64,000 nt of DNA, taken from NCBI GenBank assembly GCA_036867785.1, contig CP145412.1, positions 310,001 to 374,000 on the forward strand, written 5' to 3'. The notes beneath the pieces are model-generated. The model had not been told where the DNA came from. It did no database searches and was given only the letters and a program-made list of their open reading frames with translations. Numbering within the stretch: position 1 is the first letter of the stretch; every line of letters begins with the position of its first letter. The translations under genes were made by a program, and so were the position numbers. Below, one piece after another: positions 1 through 12,271 of the stretch. The stretch is from Plasmodiophora brassicae. Taxonomy: Eukaryota.

Positions 1-881
1 GCTGTCGCCCGGTGTCATCCTCGAGCACTCCGTCTCGGTCGATTCGCAAGACGACGGCGATTCGGACACGGGCGCTGGACCCGTCGTCGAGGAGCGACGC
101 GCGAGCGTTAAGGCCCAGCGCCCGTCGCACCTCGCCGCATCGACCGATGACGTCCAGCTCATTGTCGATGGCGAATCCATGGAATCGGATGCCGACACGT
201 CGGGGTTGAGGTCGCAGCGCGACGACAGCCTGGGCACCCTGCCGATCGCCGAGAGCTTCGAGGTAAACGGGTGGTGGTGGTGCTGCCACTGTGTGCCCGT
301 TGTAGCCGCTGACCGTCGTCGTGTAGAACCACGCGGACCGATACCAACGCCAGTACCGGAAGCGGATCGCGTCCCTTCAGTCGATCAACAATGACGTGGT
401 CACGTCGCTGGACCCCCTGTTGCAGAACGAGAACGCGGCCGTGAACGTGCTGACGAACCTGGCCAGGCAGGACGGCAAGTCGCAACGCTGGGGTGACCGT
501 GCGCTGGTGTCGCCCCTGAGCGTTGTTCCCGATCACGTGCCGCTGTCGAACCGTTCCGTGTCGTCGACGCCGCCTGCGCTGACTCGCAAGACGTCAGCAC
601 GATCGTCGGTGTTCTCGTTGCCGGACAACCCGCAGCCGATGCTGGACGCTCAGCAGATGCTGTCAGACTTGGATGACGACACCGGGCGCCCCCCGGTGCC
701 CCCTGCGCAGGCCTCATCAACGACCAGACTGACCGTTGCCGACGCGGACGACGTCCCGCCTAGGCTGGCACCCGTTTGGAATCGCTCGTCGACACCTGCG
801 GCCGCTCCGGGCACCACCGAGCCGCCGCCCAACCCGGTGGTCTCGATCCGGATCCCGACCCGTCCAGCTAACGACGACTAA
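1..881 (+). CDS. 3' part of a hypothetical Ser/Pro/Asp-rich protein (5' truncated by window)
   Basis: Open frame from window start (..VILEHSVSVDSQDDGD..IAESFE), GT-AG intron ~263-326, then NHADRYQRQYRK.. continuing into ORF 396..881 ending RPANDD*. Confidence 0.55.
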
Positions 882-1681
882 TGTATGGCAGGGGCCCACA
901 TTCGAATCCGTATCGGCCGCCCATTCGTACAGCACAGACCTGGCATCGGCTGCCAGCAGTAGAACACAGGCGTGCCTGGTAGTTGGAGTCTATCCGTTGC
1001 GGATCGTGGTCACGCCTGTACCCACACAGACGGAAACACCATCGTCATCCTACCGCGTTCGCCATGCGCCGATCTGCCTCCTGCAGCAAGTACCACTACA
1101 TTGCCGGAAATATACCATCGGGAGGACCAGAGGCGCGAAAGTTCAATTGTGCAGGCATCTCCACCCGGCATTTACTACGAGATGATGACCTGTTCCTCCG
1201 TCACAATACGTAGAGGGCGCAGCCACGCGCCGTCTCAGTCTGATGAATGATGATGACGACGGGCACCGCACTGGTGCGACGCCCCTGTCATATTCTGGCA
1301 GAGTACACAGGAGCAATGCCCTTGTGGCAATTTGGCGCGGCAACTTCGTCCAGTATTGCAGCCTCAGCGTCGCCTTTGCATCGTCACGGCGATTGAGGGC
1401 GCCGTAGAGGACTGCGACCGTTCCGATTATCGGCGCGCATCCCCACAATGGGTACCACAGCCGTTCAGAACATCTTGGATCGCACATCCTCATCCAGTCG
1501 CCATCACCCCGCCATTCCAACAATCATGTTCTTCGTCATCATCGGCATGCAAGACGTATGGCAGCAACGGGCCACCGTCAGTCCGCGACGGACTCCGTGG
1601 GGTCGCACAACGGACTCTCCGGCCGTGGGGCCCGTGGTGCCTGCGGTTCCTGACGCTGGATCGAGTCACGAACGACGATGA

Positions 1682-2713
1682 AAAAGTAATCACAGAAACA
1701 ACCTGGACAATTGGTCAGCGAATGCTCACCACGGTCGGTATACAAAGACGAAAGCTGTACCTGCGTGGGAGCCGCGTCTACATCAATTTCTGCTGTCGTC
1801 GACTGCAACGACGGGACGGCCTGTAGGCACAACTTATTGAGTACCGGAAACGTCATCTTTCCTGCCTCTTGACCTGCTGAATCGGTGCTAGAGGACTATT
1901 GAGGACAGGATTTTCAGGTTGGCGAGACAACGAAAGGCCGGGGACAGGTGATTGGACACGCTAAGTTATTCAATAAGCAACCCGCACGACAATATTGCCG
2001 AAGCCAACGATCTTTATCGAGCAGAGGCTGAAGCGGATGTCGAAAACCGATGCGGTTCTCGCAGACCGCCGGAAGTACGAACGGGTTATCGACGAACTTC
2101 GACGGTCGGCTCTGTTAGGGTCGTTTAGCACGCTTGCGCCAGCAATGGTCGCTAGGCCGTCTGTGCCGATTTTGTTGAACGAGAAAGCCAACGCGAATCT
2201 GCCGCGCCAGAATTATCCAGCAGACAATCCGCCTGCTCGTCGCCCTCGACGATGTCGCGGTCAGAGCGAACGTCGTAATGGCATTGAATACGCATGCTGC
2301 AGGAGTGACCGTTCGTACTTCCGGCGGTCTGCGAGAACCGCATCGGTTTTCGACATCCGCTTCAGCCTCTGCTCGATAAAGATCGTTGGCTTCGGCAATA
2401 TTGTCGTGCGGGTTGCTTATTGAATAACTTAGCGTGTCCAATCACCTGTCCCCGGCCTTTCGTTGTCTCGCCAACCTGAAAATCCTGTCCTCAATAGTCC
2501 TCTAGCACCGATTCAGCAGGTCAAGAGGCAGGAAAGATGACGTTTCCGGTACTCAATAAGTTGTGCCTACAGGCCGTCCCGTCGTTGCAGTCGACGACAG
2601 CAGACATTGATGTAGACGCGGCTCCCACGCAGGTATACAGCTTTCGTCTTTGTATACCGACCGTGGTGAGCATTCGCTGACCAATTGTTCAGGTTGTTTC
2701 TGTGATTACTTTT
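1682..2713. repeat. Long inverted repeat (arms ~1682-2084 and ~2309-2713, ~224-bp spacer)
   Basis: Arm 2 is the reverse complement of arm 1 over ~400 bp; by eye only two substitutions and one 2-bp indel. Confidence 0.95.
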
Positions 2714-3034
2714 CCTGATCCAGCCGCATCCGCTTGTCGAATCGATCATCGCACGTCCGACCGAGTACACCGACTATGCCTCATCTTTATCAGGCTGCTG
2801 TAACGGAACCGGTAGTTCTCGTGGACACAGTCGCACCAATGCGCCTGCTGGCCCCTTTCCCCACACAGGTTTGGCTCGTGATTGCTGTCGTGTGCGCTCT
2901 AAACAGAAATCGTGCAGGCTGCTGCGACAACATCCTCTCAACCTCGCATTGGTACGCAGCCGACTTGGCTGAAGGTGAAGCGTCACGTTTTAGTATTTTC
3001 GGCTGACCCTGGTATATCCTGGACCAGCGCCGTC

Positions 3035-3067
3035 ACGGACTCCGTGGGGTCCCGCCACGGACTCCGT
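3035..3067. promoter_or_regulatory. Two copies of palindromic ACGGACTCCGT motif upstream of RTF2 (also 1588-1620, 5550-5572, 46788-46798 and in the LTRs)
   Basis: Recurs at similar distance 5' of several ATGs; function inferred from position only. Confidence 0.5.
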
Positions 3068-3090
3068 GAGTGGCCATCGTCACTTCCGCG

Positions 3091-3870
3091 ATGGGGTGCG
3101 ATGGCGGGTCGATCCCCGGCCGACGCGATCTCGTCAAGCAGCGCGCGTCGACGAAGGCTGCCGAGGCGGTCGTCGCCGAGACCGCCTCGTCCAGATGGCA
3201 TGTGTGCGCTATCAGCCAGGAGCGGCTTGTGGCGCCGATTGTCGTCTGTCGGCTGGGCCACCTGTACAACAAGGATGCTCTGATTCAGCAGCATCTGCTG
3301 AGCAAGTCTCGCAGCCCGCAGTTCGCTCATATTCGGTCGCTGTCCGACGTCATCGAACTGAAATTCCATCCTGCCGATACGTCGGATGATGGTGGCGCCG
3401 ATTCGCCGGTGTTCCAGTGCCCGGTGACTATGCTGATTGGCAACGGCAAGTACCGATTCCACGTGTCGCGGGCATGTGGGTGCCTTGTCTCGGAACGTGC
3501 CTTAAAGGAGACCAATTCGTCCACCTGCCTCATGTGCCAGAAGGCGCTTGGCGAACCGACCGGGTCGGACGATGCTATCGAGCGACTGTTCATCGTCGTG
3601 AACCCGACCTCGAATGAAGAGCGCGAACGTTTACGCCATCGGATGGAGCAGGATCTCGCCAATGCGCCAGACGCGCACAGGAAGAAGAAGAACAAGAAGC
3701 GGAAGAACGGCGATGCCGAAGACGATAAGAAGTCGCAAGCGGATTCGTCCTCGAAGAAACGCAATGCGGCGACGTCGTCAAAGTCGGAAGCGTATGCGTC
3801 GATATTCACGTCGAGCAAGACGCATAGCAACCCGAACACCATCAAGAACACGCTGTTCGGGCACGTCTGA
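3091..3870 (+). CDS. RTF2: Replication termination factor 2 (Rtf2/C20orf43 family, RING-like)
   Basis: N-terminus MGCDGGSIPGRRDLVK; CxLGHLYNKDALI, FQCPVT, CGCLVSERALKE motifs; Lys-rich C-terminus. Confidence 0.9.
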   Translation: MGCDGGSIPGRRDLVKQRASTKAAEAVVAETASSRWHVCAISQERLVAPIVVCRLGHLYNKDALIQQHLLSKSRSPQFAHIRSLSDVIELKFHPADTSDDGGADSPVFQCPVTMLIGNGKYRFHVSRACGCLVSERALKETNSSTCLMCQKALGEPTGSDDAIERLFIVVNPTSNEERERLRHRMEQDLANAPDAHRKKKNKKRKNGDAEDDKKSQADSSSKKRNAATSSKSEAYASIFTSSKTHSNPNTIKNTLFGHV

Positions 3871-3953
3871 CGGTGTCCTCTTGGCTGACCTGTAATCTAA
3901 ATGTATTATTGTATTTACAGATGCGAACCCATCGTCGTGCGTCTGCACAATAG

Positions 3954-5517
3954 TTATCGTTGGGATCGCAGTCGCCGCAAATAGGCGGATATCTGTTCAA
4001 CGGGTGGTGACTTCAATAGCGCATGCTGGTCGCTCTTATGCGCTTCGTACTGTTCGCACAACGACCGCCTGAGGCGCCAGAGCGCCCGCTTGTCGCCCAC
4101 GGCCTCGGGCGATTCGCCTTCGAACCAGCGCATGTACTGCCGATACTCTTTACAGACGGCACATGGTGTCTGGAACCAGAATGCGATCTCTGAATCGGGG
4201 TCCTGCACACGCCGTTTAGATTGAGGACGCCGGCCGGTCGCTGACGGGCGCCATACCATTGCTCGACGCAGGTGCGGCTGGACCATTGACCGGCCCCATG
4301 CCGGCATCAGCAACATTTGTGCCAGATCGACGTCGTGCGGCGGCATGCTCGACCGATGGCAGGTGATGAACTTGCTGGTCTGCCGTTGTAGCCAACGAAG
4401 GCATTCCTCGGGGCGAACGGCTCGCGTTACAGTGGAGACGAAACCATTGTCAGGGCACTGCCCCGAGTGGTACATGGTCGCCAACCACGCGAGACCTTTG
4501 AAGTACGATTCCAGTGCCTCGTCGGACAAGGCGTCATCGGCCGCAGCGCGGTCCTCGCCAGTAGGGGCACCGGACGGAATGACTTCCACCAGGTGCTCGA
4601 AGAGGCGCGTCAGCTCAGGGACGCGCAGGTCCACAGAACCGTCGGTCTGGTGTACGACCAGGTACGGGCAGTTTGCCGATTTGTAGGTCGAGAAGCACAG
4701 CTGGGGCGTCATCCCCGACACCTTCGGCATGTAGTCGTTACCTGAACGACGGCCATCAGGAACGTGCCGCGAGCAGACTGTCCGGACGATACCGACCGAG
4801 AAGGTAGATATGGATGGCCAACGATGGCAGGTGGACCGGCTGTTGCGAGGACGCGGCCAGATGCCGAAGGGCACGAACGGGCAACGTTAACATGTCGTGG
4901 TTGCAGACGCGAGCCTCGTGCAGGCATGCCTGTGCGCATCCAATCGCAAGCAGGTCGGCATCGCTGCCGAACAGCAGCGACCTGCCGGCCTTCACGCCGA
5001 GACGTTTGATCCAACCGATCAGCTTGACTTCGCCTTCGCCTGGCTCCTCGCTGCAACTGAGGTACGTCCTAGAGCCGAACGATTTCCGTATCTGCGAATT
5101 CATGAGGGGGCAGTCGATAATCGCACAGGTGCAACAGCCTACGTTGGCGGCAAGCGTGCACAATGCTGGTGTGCCAGGCGTTAGTGCCAAGGAGCTAAAG
5201 CTGGGGGCGGGCTCGAGATCAGACGGAGGCGACGCTCGTCGTCGTTTGATTTGAAGCAGATATTTCGCAGAGGGCGCAACACCGTCCATGAATATGCCGA
5301 GCTGGGCAGACGGGCGCACGGTCGTCACGATCCGGCGGATCATGCTGATGGCGCGGCGGTGGAATCGCGCCTCGCTCCCATTGGACTGCAGGACGGCCCG
5401 GTGCAACACCTCGTTGAGGTCGATGGCCAGCGTGGCAACCCGATGCACGTTCTGCACGGGCCGCATATGGCCGCTGGCCGCCTCGTAGCACCATTTGGAG
5501 AGCAACGGGATCCCCAT
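3954..5517 (-). CDS. Short XRN-family 5'-3' exoribonuclease-like protein (multi-exon)
   Basis: MGIP start; LAIDLNEVLH, FMDGVAPSAK..QIKRR, PGEGEVKL, GSDADL motifs, followed by SGNDYMPK and YFKGLAWLATMY. Confidence 0.8.
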
Positions 5518-5620
5518 TGGTCGCACGAAGGCGCTGGGGGGCGGGTCCTGCGGACTCCGTGGCGGAGTCCGTGAGGTGTCGTAAGGCATCATCACCTGCA
5601 CACAGGGCGCCCGCTGTCCC

Positions 5621-7193
5621 ATGAATACGATCGCAGCCATCCGGGATGCCGAAGAACGCATCCGCTCGTCACTGTCCGATAACGGCGACCTGTTGGCAAC
5701 GTTGCTGTCCGTGCTGGAGTCGTCGTCCCTGAACGACTCGTTCGATCTGTCGCTGGCGTGCATTCAGTCTCTGCGACGGCTCCTGTTCGCATTCGCTGTC
5801 GAGCATGGTCTTATTGCTGGCGACGATTCTGCCGATGCCGTCGATAACGACCTGCAGGCATGGCTTCGCGCCAAACTCGAATTTTTCCACGACCTGCTTG
5901 TCCGATGTGTGCATGGAACCAACGATCGTCTCCAGATCGCTGCCGTGGACACATTGCTCGACTATGCCGTCGTCCAGTCGTCCACAAAAGGATTCCTGCG
6001 TCTTTCGTGCCTAACCCCGGTTGTCACTTCGATTTGCGCCAACCCGAACGCGGGTAAGTCGCTTCGCCTCCACTACCTGACGCGGTACGTTGCCGTGTAC
6101 GACGACGTCCAGTACGAGACGCTTCGTGCGCTGGCGCAGATCGTCGACCAGGTTGATGGCACGATCGCGAATGCCATTGTCCATCACGACGACGATGACG
6201 ACAAGGTCAGGCACTCGCTGTTTGACAACGTCTGCAGAATGCTGCTGCAGGTGGAGATCCCCATCGGCGACGAAGCGTCTACGTTAGGCGGCAAGTCGCT
6301 CTGTGTAGCGAGCCCGAAGTCGTCTAACGCGAAGGCGCACTCGAAGGCACTGAACCGAGCGTGGCGCGAGGTGTTCTGCTCTGCAGACCTCCCCGCCGAC
6401 CTGTACCGCCTTCTCCTGACGAACATGAGCACCGTCATCATCCCGTCGATGCGGGAACCGCTGGCACTATGCGATTTCCTGATGGACGCGTTCAACGGCG
6501 ACCAGGGCCTACTCGCTCTGGACGGCCTGTTCACGTTAATCGTCGACCACAACTTGGACTGCCCCGGGTTCTACGACCACCTGTACAAATCGTTAACGCC
6601 GGCGCTGATGGCCGGTGCTCATCGCCGACAACTGTCGCTGGTTGCCCGGTTCCTACGGTCGTCCCACCTTCCTGCGTATCTCGTCACCGCCTACATCAAA
6701 CGCCTCGCGCGTCTAGCGATCTGTGATGGCGCGTCACCGTCCGCTGCCCTATTCGCGCTTGCCATGATCCTCAACCTGCTACGCCGGTTCCCGTCCAGTC
6801 GCGTTCTGGTCGACCGGCCCGACGTCACCGACGGCAACGACACGTTCGACATGACGGCCGACAACCCGCACGATTCGAACGCCATCCAGAGCTCGCTCTG
6901 GGAATTGCACACGCTCCGGTCGCACTACTGCCCCGAGGTCGGTCCTGGTTCCGGGATGGTTCGGTTCGGTTTCGTTGACCGGTGTGGTCTGGGTGTAGGT
7001 GGCTCGCCTGGCGTCCAGCGACATCCCCGTCATGGAGCTGGACATGAGCACGTACGCCGAGTTCACATACACGACGCTAGCGGACAAGCACAAGGTCAAG
7101 AGACGCAGGGTCACCATGGCCGTCCATGCGCCGGAGACCCTGTTCCCGCCTGAAATGCTCAGCAGCGGCTGCTGGGCGCTCCCGTCTGCCTAA
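5621..7193 (+). CDS. NOC4: Nucleolar complex protein 4 (CBF/Mak21 domain)
   Basis: FYDHLYKSL, FLRSSHLPAYLVTAYIKRLARL, SSLWELHTLRSHYCPEV; intron ~6938-6998. Confidence 0.88.
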
Positions 7194-7262
7194 ACCGCAA
7201 CGCGTGTGGAACGACTGATCGACGTGTTCGCGGCGCTCCTGTATTGCTGGGTGGTGGAGGTC

Positions 7263-8119
7263 TCAGGGGACGTTCACTTGCTCCACGACAACGTTGGCGC
7301 CAATCGCGTTGACGGGTGGCTGTGCGCTGATGGGTTTGTCGGGGGCGAACCGGTCGAAGATGGATGGGAAGTTCAGGCGGTAGACGAGGCAGGCGCCGAC
7401 GGTGCCAATGCAGGCGGCGGCGAGGACGTCGGAGTAGTGGTGGTGGTAGTCGGTCAGGCGCGTCAGAGCGATCCAGACAGCGACCAGCGTGGGCACCAGG
7501 CTGAGGACCGTTCGGGTCAGGGGCGAAGGCGATCGCCTGCTGCGCTGGCAGTGCAGGCGGCACTTGCCGAGCAGCCAGAGCGACAGGAAGACTTGGCCGG
7601 CGAACGCCCAGGACGTATGGCCAGACACAAAGCTTCGCCGGGCGTCCTGCTCGTTGACGAGGACGTCGGCGTAGTAGTTCGGTCGAGGGCGCCCAACGAC
7701 GAACTTGATGACGTTCGTCACGGCGCTAACGGTCGACAGCGAGGAGGCGAGCCCGGTAACGCTGGCGATGGCGTCGTCGATATCGCGAACGATGACGCCG
7801 CTCCATAGCGCCATGATGCAGGCGGGCACCACGCCAGACACGATGTAGTTGACCCACATCGCGACCGTGTTCGTCTGCAGCGGGTACTAGATAGGCAACG
7901 GCAGACGGTTAACAACGTCACGAGTGGGAAGGCGGCCGATGTGGGCGATCGACGCACCGCTAGTTCGCCGTCACCTTGCGGGACGAACTGGATGTGCACC
8001 GAGGCGTGGTCGGCGCTGATCGCGATGACGAACATGACGACGCAGACGCACCACTCCTCGACGCGCCACCTCTGCCACCACGGCCCGTGATCTTGCTTCC
8101 CGCGCCGGCTGATCTCCAT
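7263..8119 (-). CDS. PAP2-family lipid phosphate phosphatase
   Basis: KFVVGRPRP, SFVSGH, TRLTDYHHHYSDVL catalytic motifs; several hydrophobic helices; one intron near 7890-7975. Confidence 0.9.
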
Positions 8120-8310
8120 CGTGCGACGCGCCAGCACTTCTCCTGCAACGGGAAGCGCGAGTGCCAGTGCCAGTGCCACAGTGGCCAGTCACCTGCCAAG
8201 GTACTTGGAACGATCGCCGATCTGGACAGTACGACGACGCAACGGCCTCCTGTGCCGTATGAATCTCCCTTTGGCCACATGTGCCACTGAACCGTTGGTC
8301 TATTGGTCAT

Positions 8311-9261
8311 TCAGTGGGTGGGTGACCTGCTTTGGAACGCGGTCGACTCGACCAGCGGCCACCCAAGATCGTTGGCGAATCGTTCGATGCAGCGGAGGCG
8401 TTTCTGGGGGTGACCAGGCGCTCGCGAGATGCCCGTCCGCCGGTCGTACTCGTCGGACGTAAACGGGCGCGTGAAACTGTCCAGCCTGCCTGACGTCGGT
8501 GCGATCAGCAGCGGAGGATGCATCCCAGGCGGCACGACGAACTGCAGGAGGATGTCTTCGCAGTTGCCGACGTCGTCGACGAACGTTCGCTGTGCGTCGT
8601 ACGTCGCGCTGGAGTACGCGTGCAGGAACCGCACAGGCAGGAACAGACCGCCGCCTGGCAGCAGGGCATTGTAGGCGTCGCCGGCTCGGGATGGGAATTC
8701 GTACGTGGGCGGGTCCCTTCTTAAGCGACGCGGGTAGAACCCGACCAGCCTCATCGGATGTCGCCTGGCCCAGAACAAACCGATGCGGAAGCCCGTCACG
8801 TCAACCTGGAAATCGTCGTCGATCGTGAAGACGGTTGATGTGCGTATGGCATCGTATGGGACGTAGCGGTTGTTGAGGCTGTTGTGCTTCGGTCGTATAA
8901 TCACGACCTTGTCAGCGATGCCAAGGCTTTGGAAGTGCTGAGTGAGGGCGGGCGGCGGATCCGAGGCGGCGTCGTTCCACACCAGGATGGCACGGTCGAC
9001 TTCGCGCAACGGTACGATGTCGCGAAAGACCGGGTTGGCCAGGAGCGCCTCTACCCGTCTGTATGTCATCATGACAATCGTTATGGGAACCGGTTCACCC
9101 TTGGACAGCGCCCGTACTGTGCCATTAGACAGCCAACTACGCCCACGCCAGCTGTTGCTGGTCGGTCTGTCCGTGACGTACAGGACGACAACTAGCGATA
9201 GGGCCGCCAGTACGATGATGGCCATCATCAAGGCTCGCAGGTGGCCCCACAGGATCGGCAT
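8311..9261 (-). CDS. Glycosyltransferase family 64 (EXTL2-like), type II membrane protein
   Basis: N-terminal TM; ILVWND, NSLNNRY, TIDDD, LVGFYPR, NCEDIL motifs. Confidence 0.88.
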   Translation of the reverse strand: MPILWGHLRALMMAIIVLAALSLVVVLYVTDRPTSNSWRGRSWLSNGTVRALSKGEPVPITIVMMTYRRVEALLANPVFRDIVPLREVDRAILVWNDAASDPPPALTQHFQSLGIADKVVIIRPKHNSLNNRYVPYDAIRTSTVFTIDDDFQVDVTGFRIGLFWARRHPMRLVGFYPRRLRRDPPTYEFPSRAGDAYNALLPGGGLFLPVRFLHAYSSATYDAQRTFVDDVGNCEDILLQFVVPPGMHPPLLIAPTSGRLDSFTRPFTSDEYDRRTGISRAPGHPQKRLRCIERFANDLGWPLVESTAFQSRSPTH

Positions 9262-9416
9262 CGTCGTTGAACGCGGGTCGACGTTCGGCAACGGCCGAAT
9301 TAGACAGAGGCCAGGTATACAGCGATACTATAGGCCGGAAGTGCTCTTGGCCGCAGTTGTGCCGGAACGGGACGTTCTCCCCGATGACGTCATGCGCACG
9401 CGGTCCGCGCGGTTTG

Positions 9417-9447
9417 GGTCCTCCAAAAATGGTCCTCCAAAAATGGT
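9417..9447. repeat. 14-bp tandem duplication (GGTCCTCCAAAAAT x2)
   Basis: Direct inspection. Confidence 0.8.
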
Positions 9448-10317
9448 TCGTCCTCAGGTCGATAAAGCCCTTCTGCTAGCAGTCTTCGATGCAGGCGATG
9501 TGAGTTGTGACCTTCATTTCTACATGCCACTGTTGGGTAACGACAGTTGGTCCGATCATCGAATACAAATAGCTAGGCAAATATCGCGCAAGTGGCGTCC
9601 AGAGACCTATGTACATACGTGGCGTTATTGTTCCTCGTTTTCATCCAAAACGCAAAATCTGCTACGAACGGTTCCTTGGCGGACTTCGCGCAGTTGCCTC
9701 GAGACACGGATGTCGGACGATAGCGATAGGGCGTCGGAGCTCGCGATCTGATGCATCGCACCGGCGGACCGACCCCCCGGAAGGTGATGAAGGGTCGTCT
9801 CGTGCGCAGCCAAGTGGAGGTTGCCCGATACTCTACCGCGTCCGTTTTCAGAACGTTCGTCAAGGCGTACGGTAACGCCCAGGCGCGGCCCCGTTCGTCA
9901 GTTGGCATGACGGAGCTCAGTGCCGACTCGCTACAAGAGGTTCTGAAATGTGCTTCTTGACGTCTTCCGTCGGCATTACGGTTCGGGGTGGTTCAGATGA
10001 GCCAGCCTCGGCCGGAACCAATTGAAGCGGAGGACCTTCCGATTCTAGTTCGCTTCAAAACGAGCAACCACATTTACAACGTTGGCGAAGACGCAGGTAT
10101 GTCCCGTTAGTATTTCACAGTTATTTAGCATTTATTGTCGGTTTCAGACCGTTCGGAAAGGTCTCTGACGAGGTGGACGCAGACTGTCACCAAGCCGGAC
10201 CTGTTCACACGTACGGCGACAACATCGTTAATGTATCCGAGTTCAATCGGTTTCACATTACTGTCCTGGCCGTGCCCTATGTAGGTTGACAGGCCAGGTC
10301 AACTGTCAAACGAAGCG

Positions 10318-10515
10318 ATCGAAGAATGTAAGGGTCGCGTGGGTCCAGTCGACTGATTACATTTCATGGGCGAATCGAAGCACGCCTTATCCTACGGGTC
10401 ATCCCTCTCTAATTGGCCTTTTCGTTTATCGAGCGGTGGGCCGACGTGCTTCGGTTCGGCCATAAAATGAAACCAGTCAGTCGACTGGACCCACGCGACC
10501 CTTACATTCCTCGAT
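10318..10515. repeat. Fold-back hairpin (~38-bp near-perfect outer stem extended by an imperfect inner stem)
   Basis: ATCGAAGAATGTAAGGGTCGCGTGGGTCCAGTCGACTGA pairs with TCAGTCGACTGGACCCACGCGACCCTTACATTCCTCGAT; inner CGAATCGAAGCACG pairs with CGTGCTTCGGTTCG. Confidence 0.92.
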
Positions 10516-10595
10516 AGGTGCCCAGAACTCTGGATATGACCTTCGGGAGATCTTTCGCCGCTTGTCGGGTCACAGCGGTGTTCCGAAACGTCTGT

Positions 10596-10903
10596 ATTGC
10601 ACGTTCCAACATTTCCTCGCCTTCAAGGACCGGAATTTGGGCCCGTCTCCGGTGATCATGCCGGTTTGCGCTTTCTTAAAGCGATGCTCTGCCCCGGTTC
10701 CTTGTTGGCTGTGTATTGCACGCTCCATTCTCCAACAAGGAACCGGGGACAAAGCATCGCTTTAAGAAAGCGCAAACCGGCATGATCGATATCACCGGAG
10801 ACGGGCCCAAATTCCGGTTCTTGGAGCGCTTATGGGCCCGAACGAAAGACGTTCCAGGCGACCATCCGGGACTGGAAGGCGAGGAAATGTTGGACCGTGC
10901 AAT
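10596..10903. repeat. Fold-back hairpin: ~85-bp inner stem (10624-10708/10732-10823) plus ~30-bp outer stem (10596-10627/10872-10903)
   Basis: Reverse-complement match read directly; 23-nt loop and ~50-nt one-sided bulge. Confidence 0.92.
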
Positions 10904-10996
10904 GACCATCCTCCATCGTCGACCAGTTCAAGCAATGAGACATTCTCTATTTCATTGCTCGGTACAGTTGCATTGCACGACGTAGCACGATGGCGT

Positions 10997-12271
10997 TCAG
11001 GTAAGCTTGTGCCACAGATGCTTGAACGTACCGGTGAATCGCTTCACCGCGCCTGGGCAACGCCTTTCCAGCAGTGCCACAACTTCCCCATGGCCAGCCT
11101 CCTTGGCCCTGTCCAACGCCGTCTGTCGTTGGTGGTCCTTCGCATTAACGTCGACGTCGATACCCCTGAATTCAAGCAGCGACTCGACGACGACTAGGTG
11201 CCCTTTCTCTGCAGCCAGAACCAGGGGTGTCTTTCCTTGACAGTCGCGTGCATTGACATCAACTCCCTTGGCGTGCAGCAGCAATTGTACGATTTCGTTA
11301 TACCCCCAGAAAGATGCAACGTGCAGCGGTGTCGAACCTACTGGCACGATACGCTCGGTGACGTCGATCCCGGGAATTTCCAGCAGCCTCCTGACGATTC
11401 GCTCATTTCCGTTCGCCACTGCCCAATGTAGCGGCGTCGTCATGTAGTCGCGCCCCATGTTGATGTTCGCGTTGATCCCCTGAATGTCGGCCAGAAGATC
11501 GACAAGGTGGACGTTCGTTTTGGCGGTCGCCCATTGCAGAACATTGCCGAACATCGCATCCCATGTCGCTTCGTTGACGATGGCGACATCGCGCTCGCGA
11601 CTCTCTCCATAGACGACGGCGTAGGGAATCCTGTCGACGATTAACTTTTGTTCCTCTGTCTTGGCGTGTTGACGAAGGTCTGCAATGATAGGACAGTGCT
11701 CCACCATGAACAGGAACGCTTCAGAGTTTCGAGGCAACGACGTGTTCGTCATGGCGCGGATGTCACCCCAGTTCGGCTTCAGTGACAGAAGTGCTCTCCC
11801 GAGAGTCGGCATGCGGAGGCGACAGGCTGCCGTCAGCAGGGCGTAATATCCATCGTCCATCGACATGAACGTCTGCCGAACCCATTTGGCCGCTGCCTCG
11901 TCCTATAGCACACCATCAGCGTGCGTCTGGGAGATGGTCACCTGAAAATGGTAACTTACCTCGTCGAATGCGTAATCCTTGCTGAAAGTTACGACCGCGT
12001 TCAACTCAGGGGTTGCAATATTCTCCAACACGATCGGGGACGTATGGCTGACGACGTCGTTGCGTGCTGAACGCTGCTCGAGCATGACCGTAAGCGTTTG
12101 GGAGTGGTTGCGAATTGCCTCTACGACGGCGTCAATGCTGTCACCATCCTTGGAAATCAACTTGACAGGCGTCGGTGCAGCTTCGCCAAGACCGCTGAGA
12201 AATAGACCGACGACCGTGATTACGCAGAGCCGTCTGGTGTTGAATCGCGTACGGATGCCGCGGGTCGACAT
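10997..12271 (-). CDS. Secreted SKP1/BTB-like + ankyrin-repeat protein (candidate effector, ~405 aa)
   Basis: Hydrophobic leader (LCVITVVGLFLSGLGEA), VKLISKDG..HSQTLTVML..IVLENI; intron 11903-11959; ankyrin TPLHWA/TPLHVA/TPLVLA/TALDRA repeats. Confidence 0.85.

Noticed and set aside
880-1560. Possible minus-strand gene next to the 1588 motif pair
   Set aside because: Could not build a consistent spliced frame or recognise a domain by eye
1970-2441. ORFs 1995..2423 and 2115..2441 sharing peptide ends with opposite-strand ORFs
   Set aside because: Products of the inverted repeat symmetry; no protein family recognised
9520-10310. Possible multi-exon plus-strand gene
   Set aside because: Intron-like signals present but no coherent ORF or homology; left unannotated
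10318-10515. MITE interpretation of the hairpins
   Set aside because: No target-site duplications or recognisable superfamily termini seen and no second copies in the window; not excluded genome-wide
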